Source: Aplysia californica
Lineage: Eukaryota
Assembly: GCF_000002075.1 (NCBI RefSeq)
Contig: NW_004797760.1
Coordinates: forward strand, 17,680-81,679
Reading direction: 5' to 3'
Length of the DNA stretch: 64,000 nucleotides
Below the pieces are notes generated by a model, which saw nothing but the letters and a program-made list of their open reading frames with translations, made no database searches and had not been told where the DNA came from. The position numbers and the translations under genes are program-made. Positions within the stretch are counted from its first letter, which is position 1; each line of letters begins with the position of its first letter. Positions 27,913 through 38,709 of this stretch are shown one piece after another.

Positions 27913-28520
27913 TCTTATTCTTGTTGCAGCTATAACGATAGAAAGTGGCTATTCTCACCCGCCCGGAAGTTCTCGCAAGATCTACTCCTCCCCTCTTCTC
28001 TCTCTCTCTGTCTCTTTCTGAATACTGTCTATCGGTGTGGACGATCAAATTGACCAAAACAAAGTTAAAAAATGATGTTAAAACACAAAAGTAATTTAAT
28101 TTGGTTGTCTACAAAGATGCTACGGCTATTTAACTTTTCGAATCGAGCCGAACTACGCGGGTCGCCATTTTGTTTTGTTCTCTCTCTCTCACTCTCTCTC
28201 TCCACTGCCCACAGACAAAATTGTACGCTTTTAGTAGGCTACAAGTACAGTTGTAATGGAATGTTTGTTCACAGCACAGAATTCTACAATTTTTCTGTTA
28301 TCACAGTGTAGAATTCTGTGTTTTAGGGTGAACGCAAAATTTGTTGGCCTAGATCTAGGCTATAACGGTGAACGCGCACCGGGTGAGAATAGCCAAAAGA
28401 CTCGCCTGCACTATTCTCATCCCGGGTGAGAATAGAGGTGGCCATAACGATAAAGATCTATCTAGATCTAGATCTAGAATATAATATTATTATCTCGTTA
28501 TAGCTGCAACAAGAATAAGA
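27913..28520. mobile_element. Small hairpin MITE interrupted by element B
   Basis: 26-bp perfect inverted repeat: TCTTATTCTTGTTGCAGCTATAACGA (27913-27938) and TCGTTATAGCTGCAACAAGAATAAGA (28495-28520). Confidence 0.65.
27941..28443 (-). mobile_element. Internally deleted inverted copy of element A ('element B')
   Basis: Starts GAAAGTGGCTATTCTCACCCG and ends CGGGTGAGAATAGAGGTGGCC. Perfect 9-bp TSD ATAACGATA at 27932-27940 and 28444-28452. The body is the reverse complement of parts of 24801-25791. Confidence 0.8.
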
Positions 28521-28798
28521 TAACCTTTTTTTTTGCATGTTGATTGGTTACGAGGTTTATTGTGGTTTCTTGATTTTTGTCATGTATCCTAAGCTTGGCT
28601 ACTTCTTCATGAAGGTTTAACAAGGACAAAAACAGGGGTGAATTTCTTTATGTTTATGATGTTCGTTTCCTCCCAACATCTTTCTGTAATTGTTTAAAAT
28701 GAATTTTGTTATTTATGCCTTGTGTTTTTGTGAAGTTAATCTTCTCTTGGTTGCTCAAAGTACTAGATCTAATTCCTCTCTTTTCTATGTGTAGCATC

Positions 28799-31700
28799 AT
28801 GCCATTGGGACCCTTTGGCGAGGTGGTGGGCACAACAGGGACCCTTGAGGCTCTGGGTCCTGATGCCCAAAACTACAAGACTAAGGTCATTGCCCCTCGC
28901 AACCCAAAGCTGGTGAAGCAAAATGAACCGGACCATCATAAGGTTTGTTTAATGATGCTTTATGCATAATCTGTGTCCCCATATCAAACTACAAGCTCAA
29001 ATAATCACTTTGTATTTGTGGAGATGACAGTATAAAATTTAAAAAAAGAAGGAGAGGCAGAAATAGGAGTGTGTGATAAGGATGAGTAAAGTACTGAAAA
29101 AAAGAGACAAGGGTGAATTAAAATGCCAAAATATGTGCATGAAATATATTGAAACATGTCTGGAGCACCTATTTTTACCCGCCAACCATGCGACAGACAT
29201 GAGCTGACTAAGACTACCAGCTCTTCTTGCATATATTCCAAATGTAACTATTTCCTAATCAGTGCATGACAAATGTGGCAGAATGGTGCTGACTTCTGTG
29301 AAATAAATCTCATCTAAATAACCTTGATCTCAGGTCTTTTTTAAAACTGAGAATGATGAGTTTTTTATGATTAACTGTGACACCATTGATAGTTGGATTT
29401 TGAAAAATAATTAATGCTACAACATATATATGTGATATCAATCCACTTTTGATGGTTAAAAAAAAAAATATTTGGTAAATTTTCAAAACAATTCTCTGAT
29501 ATTTGTCATGTCGTGTGTTTAGATAGTCTGCGTGCTCTGGTCAAGAGATTGTAGCTGCACTTTCTATATAAGACTGACCATTGTAATATATGTTTTAGAA
29601 TGCTATTGTTTAAGAAATCAATAGTTTTCTTTTTTTTATGTTAAAGGTACTTGTTGTTAATTGTCTTGTGTTACTCTTAAATTGTGTTGGCATGCTTTTG
29701 TTGTTTGTATTTTCACATTTGATTTGAACATTTTTTTTCCAATAGATGACACCCAGCAAGTTTCTCTTTGACATGTCATTGAGCACTGAGCAAAAGCTTG
29801 CCAACACACACATCATGAAGGTTCCCCGCAAGACAGAACTACTGGACATGGGAGACACATCTCTACAGAAGGTAACGTCCAAACCAAGTATTTCGTGTTT
29901 TCGCACCCATCATCGTGTTTCTTAAAATACATGATTTTTTTGCAATATTTTAAGTTTTACCTGCTATGTTGCTAGGAAATGCAGGGGTCGTGGAAGGATC
30001 TGATTGCACCTGTACTTGAAAGTGAAAGAGTTTTGGGTAAAATTTGGGAGACTTTCTTGTTCAATCTTTTTGTTTTTTGAATTGACATGAATAATCGATG
30101 TTTGTCATGCTGGTGATACATAAATTGTATCTTCTTTTCATTTCAGTTTTCAAAGGTCAACATTGATGAGCCCATGTTCCAACCCTTTCCATCAGAAATA
30201 TACTTTCAGAACTTCAACCCATTTGAAGTATATGAAGTACCACTGACTTTGAGAAATAATGACAAGGTAATGGCTTCAACATTCTTGGATACTGCTGATT
30301 TTCATTTTTATTTTGAGACTGAATATTCGATTTTATTTTCTTACTTTTTGCTAATTAAATTTATAAGCTTGCCTTATTTTTTTGAGGGGTTGTGTTTTGG
30401 TGCCATTTATATTGCACATACATTCATTTGCTTTCTTTTTTTTTCAACATGTAAATGTCTCTTGAGATTTCTATACCTTATATCTACTTAAAAAAACCTC
30501 TAGGTGCAGGGAAAAAGTGTCTGAAAAATATACTCTTTAGTAACATTAATTTGTCTTTGTTCATTAAACAGAAGCTTCCACATTCTTAGGTGAATATCCT
30601 GAGGCATTAACAAGACCTCTTTTCATTTATGTACAGGTTCCTCGCCTTGTGAAAGTGACTCAGGAAGATTCTCCATACTTCAAAGTAATCAGCCCAAATG
30701 ATGTTGGCCACAAGGTTGGACCAGGATTGCCCACCACATTCAGAGTGCAGTTCATGCCTGATGAGAAGAAGGCGAGGACTTTTATGACTTATAATTACTT
30801 TGTTTAAATAACAATTTGTCTTACTTACAAGACAATGACAAGGTCACTATCTACATTTACACTTAGAAAATGAAAGAATTTTTAAAAACATTTTTAACCA
30901 TATAATCACCCAAGGGCATTTTACCAAAGATATAAACCCATCTGCTTTTGTCTCTCATTTAATCAGAATTGGAAAAGTTTCTGAGTTGGTTTTTGTTGAA
31001 TTTCAGCTCAGCATTGGTAATTTCTTTGAAGAATAAGGAGAGAAAATTTGCATACCCCAATTTTTGTCATTTTCTCTGATTTCAAAGATACAAAATTGTT
31101 ATCATTAAAATTGATAAATTGGTTGATATTTTAAAAAACTAAAAGCATACTGTCACTCTTGTGTTTTATAATTAAATGAGAATCAAGTAAAATGTTTAGA
31201 CTTTAAAATCACTCCAATTATCTTCCGGCTTTAAAAAAAAATGTACAGGCAAAATGGAAGAGGTAAGAGAGATAACCACTTTTTAGAACGATTCAAATTT
31301 CGTTAAGTGAATCTTACTTTTGTTTTATATGTCTCAAGAGGTTTATGGAATTCAGTGGATCTTAATCTTTTTAAAATCGGAAATAATTTCCTTTTATGTT
31401 GAATTCCACTGCCTTTGTAAGGAACTATCATAGTTTAAACTTTTTGCTGTTTCAATTTAAGTGAGACAGAGATGGTGATTGTTTTATTCTTTATGCAAAA
31501 CAGGATTATCAGCATGAACTGATCTGTATCACTGAAAGGGAAAAATTTGTGGTGCCAGTAAGGGCAATTGGAGCTCGTGGTATCCTCGATTTTCCGGATG
31601 AAATACGCTTTCCAACATGTCCAGTGAAGTACCCAAACACAAAGACTCTGCTGGTCAGAAACATCGGCAGTCGGGAGGCAAAGTTCAGCCTCAAAGCTGA

Positions 31701-34700
31701 TGAGTAAGTAGGAATAAGAACTGTTAAATGTTAGCTTTTGATTTTGAATTTGGTTTAACTTTCGAGACTTTTTTGGAGCCTTCTTATTTTTTTTCGAGTG
31801 GGGAACTTATTTTCCATTGTGCAAAACCTACAGGTTTTATATTCTAAGATTTTTTTCTCATGCCAGCAAGTACAGATATGTATATAAATATATTTGAGAG
31901 GAACATACTTAATTTAGGGAATGTATGACACCTTGTATACAGAATGTCGTTGAGATGTGTTTTTCTTCCCCTTCAAGGTGTAGACAATGTGAAATATTCA
32001 GATGCGCCCCTTTTAACAAGATGTATTTCCTAATCTTTACATTTGGCATAATATCACTCTCTATCCATTCACAGGTCATTTTCAGTGACCCCAGATATTG
32101 GCACACTCGGGGTGAATGACAGTATTCAAGTGACCGTGGAGTTCAAACCACTGAGAGCAGGGGATCACAATGGAGAACTGCTTCTCACTTATGACACTGG
32201 TCAGTCTTGTTTTTAGTTTGTTATGTTCTGTGCTGGGGAACATTTTGTCAGCATCTTTCCACAAGCACTTTAGTCATTTTATGAAATTTAAAGAGTTTTA
32301 AAGCAAAAGAGAGTCCAAATCAGAATCATGATTTGGGTATGCGTTATTTTTTTAATTTAAAAAAATAGGAAGGAAGTAACAAAACAGAGTGGAACTATTG
32401 CCAGCTACCGCTTAATGTGTTTATTCGAATAATGGCTTTATCTGGAAACTGTAAAAACAATGATTTAGGTGAAGGTGGGATGATGCTGATGATTTATCTG
32501 TTTTGGAGGTAAATACATGTACTGGAAAATTTAAGAAACAAATCTACCATGGATTCATCAATATGCAAATATATCATTAAAAGATTTCAAAATAGATCAT
32601 CCAATGAAGAGAAATGTCAAAATAACTTTGTTAGATATTTTCACTCATACAATGTAGATCAAGATTGGCAGTTGAATGTTAATGGAACAATTATAAAAAG
32701 TATGATTTGAGGCATAGATAAAAATTAGATGTAAAGCAGCTTAATATTTCAGTTTGGGTGTGAAGTTTATACTTCCTGTATTTAATATAACTTGTCTTTG
32801 TGCAGGGGAGGAGGTTTCAATTGCTTTATATGGAGCCTCTCAAGATGCCAATGTCAGACTGGACAAAAACTCAATTCGTATTGAGAACACCTATATATCC
32901 ATGGCCAACCAGAGAACTGTGGTCATCACCAATCGCAGTGACTTCATTGCACACTTCAGATGGACCCGATTTGCCACACAAGATGATGAAGATCAACAGA
33001 GATTGCTGTGAGTATTTAACACATCTATAGAAGAAAAATTCTTGAAACAAATGGTCGCTTTTAAGGACGAGCGGGCTAACCCAGATTTCGGGGTTTTCCA
33101 GAAATCTTCACCTACACCAAAAGTGGGCATTGCCCTTCCTATAGGAGAAGTTTGGTTTCATTGGTGCATATATTTGTTTGGTTGTAGAGAAAACTCTCCT
33201 TGTCTTTTAAAGAAAATGAACAAGGGGCAAAAACTTTACCTTCGATTTTCTCAAAACAGCATTTTTCAGGATAGCCCCCTAGCTTGTGCTTAAAAGCGAC
33301 CAAATACAAACTAAGTTTATGCAGAATCACTGAAGCGGGGAACTTAATCTAAACTTCGTGAAAATCTTTTTTTGCCCTGCTTTCACCTTGTCTTTCTGGA
33401 GATTAGTTAATCCTTGCTAAATCCTTTTGATTGTATATTACAGCTTTTTTGGTGATTGTGCTGTCAAAGAAAGAATTTATACTGTATCTTTTGAGTATGA
33501 AGTAGGACAAAGGAATTAGTTCCAGTCTGATTTTCTCTTTTAATTACTTAACATGTTTGATGATTTGTTCACAATAGTGTTGGAACTACTTCTCTGGACT
33601 TACTTGACTATTTAAATGGTTGGGAATATATTTTTTTTTCAGTCAGGTGATTGAACTGGACAGGGAAGAAAATTCAGACACAGACAGGTTTATCGATGAG
33701 TGTGTGGCAGACCCGACCTTGCGAGACAAATTGTCAATCCTGTCAAGGACATTCCAGAACAGAAAAAGGGTGAGGATATTAGTCTGAATATTTTTGCTTA
33801 ATCCCACCACTGTCCAGTTGAAAGTAAAGTGTTAATTGTAGGCTTATATCCGTTCTCATAGAAAGCGTCTATAGCTTCTCAATAACTACTTTAGGCCAAC
33901 CTGCCTCAAGTCTAAAGCAAACTACACAGTTTTTGCACATGACCAGTTTGACTGTCTGTCATTGAAGACAAAGAAGAAAAAGAAGTGTCAACCAACAAAC
34001 AATGACTTAAATCTAAACGCACATTGTTGTTTTACGTAGACTCATATTTCAATTTAACTTCTCATGTAGTTTATTGTCCATGACAGCTTCAAAATTAAGG
34101 GCTTAAGATAAAAAAGAAATGATGACTGCTGTATTGGAAAAATCTTGAAGTAGTAGTATACTTGCCAAAAGACTTAAATGCTGTTGTTGCCTGAATTCAA
34201 TACATTGTTATTGATGCCCTTTTTACTTTCCATGGTCATTTTGAGTTTCTTTCTCTATTTTATTTCAGGCTGTGGAGAATGACCCTTTGCTGTTTGATGA
34301 TGATGTCATGTCAATTGAGCCAGTTGAAGGTGATATCTGGCCCAACTCCTCTTTTGAGATAAATGTAGTCTTCAAGCCAAGGGAAGCAACTTCATACACC
34401 CGGACGGCTTACTGTGACATCACTGGCAGGGAGAGTCGTCTGCCCCTGAGAATCCGTGGCGACGGAGAAGGGCCAAAAGTAGACTTCTCTTTCAACCACT
34501 TGGACTTGGGAAACATTTTCATCGGGTCCAAACACACCTATGAAATTGTCATTGCCAACAAAGGAGATATTGATGCCATTTACAGGTCAGTATTGCTAAT
34601 TGAGTAAAAGTAAAGTATCACTTATCTCATGTCTTTGTGTAACGTGAAGATCATAGCTTTGCTGTTTCCTGTTCATATGAGACATGAGTACCACATATAT

Positions 34701-37700
34701 ATCATGTTATTGTTCAACACTTTGCCACCTCATCTCGCCGATTGGCAATGTTTACCACCAAGTTTCTTTGGATTTTCCCGAAAGTATACTTGCAAAGTGT
34801 TAATGCAGGATATGACAATTGCCGGAAAAATGTGTCTGATGTAATTGTTTCAGAAAAGTATGATATGTTACAGAATCAGCAATAGTCTGGTGGTATCTCT
34901 ATTTCTTTACTTGATTTGTTCCCAGTGTTGTGCCCAACACGAGCATCTTTGGGCCGTGCTTCGCCTTCAACCCTGCAGAGGGCATCGTCATGCCTGGCGG
35001 GCATCAGGCCATTCAAGTGGCCTTCAACAGCCCCTATCTGGGAGACTTTGAAGAAGTGTTCTGCTTCCAGGTTGATGGACAACCACAACAGTGCAAAATC
35101 CAGTTCACGTGAGTGTCAACTTTACCTTTAATCTGTCTCGAATATGGGATATTTTTCACTTTATTTAAAAGAACTGTTTTCATTTTTCCTTTTTTTTTCC
35201 TTTACAATAATTTGTTCTAAATTCCGGATGGGTTAAAGGTCTTTAAATTCAATTTAATTTATAAGAAAAACCTTTTTGTTGTTACCAAAGTTTACATTCT
35301 GGTAACTTTACTGATGGTATTTGATTTTACTTTTGCATCAAACACATGAAAGCCACAGCGAAAATAGCCTCAACTTTCATTTAAATAATTGGGGATTTAC
35401 ACGTATTATAATAATGAGGAAAATTTGCAACCTTATGATATATAATAATATCTTTCACTGCTGTGCTATAAGAATTGAAAATGTCAATAAACTGATATCA
35501 CATTATTTAAGAATGTTTTTATAAGTCTTTGAAAGTGTGATATTTCACCTGTCAGACTATAATGCGTTATTTGTAGTGAATGCACAGTACTATATAACCG
35601 GTTTAAATGAGGGGACTAAGTAAAGAAAGACCGCTCCCAAATAAAAAGGAAGGAGAATACCCTACTCTAGTCATATTGTTTAAAGTATAAGCGATTTTGA
35701 AATGTTTATAATCCTCAGTGTTTTCTAGGTATTTCAAATATAATTTCTTCATCACCAGGGGACGTGTTGTTGGGCCAACTTTCAATTTTGATGTGGCTAA
35801 ACTGAAGTTTGGGACTGTCCCCTTTGGATTTCTGAGTTCTCAGGTAAGTGTCAAGCTAATGTTAAGACTTTTTATCCCTATCCGTACGTCGTGTTTTATT
35901 GTCGTATCCATACGACATGGGGAACTCTGTGCCGCCTCTTTCGAAAGAAGAAATTTACTTGTTAATCCGATCTGTACGCGTTACATAGTAGTCTGTCAAA
36001 ATTATTTTTTGAGAAATCCTGAAAGTTTCAAAGAGATCTTCACACTAGAAGTATTCTAAAATTTGAAGAATACAACCCTGGGAGTACAAAATGACCCCAG
36101 GGCGTATGGATAGGCTTGAAATAAGTTTGGAAATACAGGCTACAGACCCATTTACTGTACACTGTCGGTCTACACAGTACTGTGCTACAGATGCCTCACT
36201 AATTTTCTCATTGCGTCCATGACAGTGACAAAGTTTACACTTCAGTTCTGTGTTTGAAAAAGTTGTTGCAAAATTTTGTAATTGAAAGTTGAAGCCAACT
36301 GTGAACTTGCTGTTTGAATCTAGCCGTGGATACATGTTATCAGACACGGCTTTGCTGGCAAGTCAGCTTTGTGAAACAAATTGTTACTGTCGACCACTTT
36401 TTACATTTTCTTTGAAACAAAAACGTCATGTTCTTTGTGCTATAACGTAATCTTTTCTTTGCCTTTATCCATTTGATCATCCACATCAATAGAAAGTATT
36501 CCGAAATTAGGAAAAACAGGTCTTGTTTCACACCGGGTGAGAATAGCCTACGGTGGCAAGTCTCACCCCGGGTGAGAATAGCCACTTCCTTTGAAAGAAA
36601 AGAGCAATGCATAATTAATTTCAATCGAGCAGTGACCCTCACTTTTCTCTGCCTCTCTCTCTCTCCTCTGATTGCTCGCCTTCTCTTTTTCTTTGTTGTC
36701 TGTCTTTCTCTCTCCCAATCTCTTTCTAGTTCCCTACTGCCAACTGGGGCATGTCATAAACATTTTGCTAGCACTCATCTCTCTCTCTCTCTCACACACA
36801 CAAACACACTACTCTGGGCGCTGAAACTTTCCGAAATCACAAAAAGAGTTCCCCTACCAGGTCTGTATACTTCGTGATTTTGTTCCTGGTTACCAGGTCT
36901 GTATACACTTCGAATCTAGAATCTATCTAGATCTAGATTTTCTAGATCTTGATCTAATCTTCACTCTCTATTATCTAGCCTATAGACTAGATCTAGAATC
37001 TAAATCTAGACTTCTAGATCTAGAATCTAGATCTAGACTTGACTGTGACTCTTCTGGTTCGAGTAGTGTCATGACACACTGGCCTTGTTGTAAGTTGTAG
37101 TGTGTTCTTGTTGTGTAGACTACTCTGAACTACAGATCTACTAGACTAGACTAGTACAGGAGTCGAAATTAAAATTACTCACTTGAACGTGTGTTCGGAG
37201 TTCCAAATACGCATGATTTTGAGAAATGATGAGAGCGTTTGTAGAATTTGTGATCAATCCCACGGAACACGCAATCTACTTCATTGATTTCGTAAAGTTC
37301 TTCTGCGTCACGTTACAGGACACGAGAAGGGACTCCGAACCCGTGGAGATAGTTACCCGGAAAGGACAGCTTCACAGGTCAAGGAGTGTACAACCTTGGC
37401 AGGTATTTCGCAGCGATGTTTTGTAGTGAAGTTCATAGTTGATCAAGTAAGAGAACACATAATTGGAAGGTATTTTTTCTTGCTAAATTTAATAATTGAA
37501 AGATTTTCCAGCTTTCGGACATATCAGTGAAATAGTGTAAGGGGTTTCTTGCACTGATCAATCACTAGCAAGTATGCCCAATTTGGCATTTTAGTGTGGG
37601 TGTGTGTGTGAGGGGGGGGGGGGGCTATCCGAAGAATGCTCTGTGCGTCTCTGTTTATAGATTCTATAGATTTTTAATGAATCTTTTGCTAATCTACAAG

Positions 37701-38675
37701 TTTGAAAATTTATTGATTTGATTATTTCATTTTCTTTACGTTCCATTTTCAGTCACCAAAGAAATAATATAGCACTCTATCCATTTGTCCAGCGTAATAA
37801 GAGATATATGAGAATGACGTCATTAGTTGTTGTGTCATTTTCAACGCAATGCATGTATATTTTTATGAATTCATTTTTATAGATAGATTATCTTATAAAT
37901 CAATTAAGTAGATTCTTTTAGATAATTTTCTTTGCAAATGTATTATAAATATAGTAGAACACTTTTTAAAGACAAAGTAGGGGACCTACTGGACTACCTA
38001 CTTTCGTTTTTTTAAACAAGAGTTTCATTGGACGATCATACCCATACCCACCAATCCGGTGTCACATAACAGAGAGAATCGCGCCCATAGTAACAGCGAC
38101 AATATGGCGCTGTGAATTGTTTTAGTACGTTTGAGTGCTGTATTTCTTTCCCTGTGAACCTCGTAGTACACAGTACAGCGTAAGTTAGTATTTCTTATAT
38201 GGATCTTTAACTGAGTATGTAAAATTTTGAAATGCACTGAATTGTCTTTGTTGTTTTATATCTACTGCCCTCAAATTAAGGGTCGAGTTGTTAACACTGT
38301 GCTGTGATTGATACACACTTCGTAAACTGCAAGAGCATCAATGTTGTCAAGTCCAAATGTATAGTGTATGTAGTGTATTTACATTCAACTGTGGAGCACT
38401 GCTATGGCAGCTTATAGTTTATGTAGCGATCACTTTTTTTTTTTTTACCTAAGGCATCTTTAGATGTCTTATTCTTGTTGCAGCTATAACGATAGAAAGT
38501 GGCTATTCTCACCCGCCCGGAAGTTCTCNNNNNNNNNNNNNNNNNNNNNNNNNNNNNNNNNNNNNNNNNNNNNNNNNNNNNNNNNNNNNNNNNNNNNNNN
38601 NNNNNNNNNNNNNNNNNNNNNNNNNNNNACACACACACCCACACATGCACATTCATACACACACACACACACACA

Positions 38676-38709
<34 letters not shown>

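Larger units (their letters stand above)
25880..27974 (+). repeat. Segmental duplication copy 1 (PRELID3 exon 1 + shared promoter)
   Basis: Near-identical to 36434-38528 (offset 10554); I saw only 3 substitutions, clustered near 26168-26182. Confidence 0.95.

Noticed and set aside
24801-28443. A single large TIR element that captured the promoter
   Set aside because: The outer flanks do not share a TSD, and each arm has its own TSD, so these are two separate insertions.
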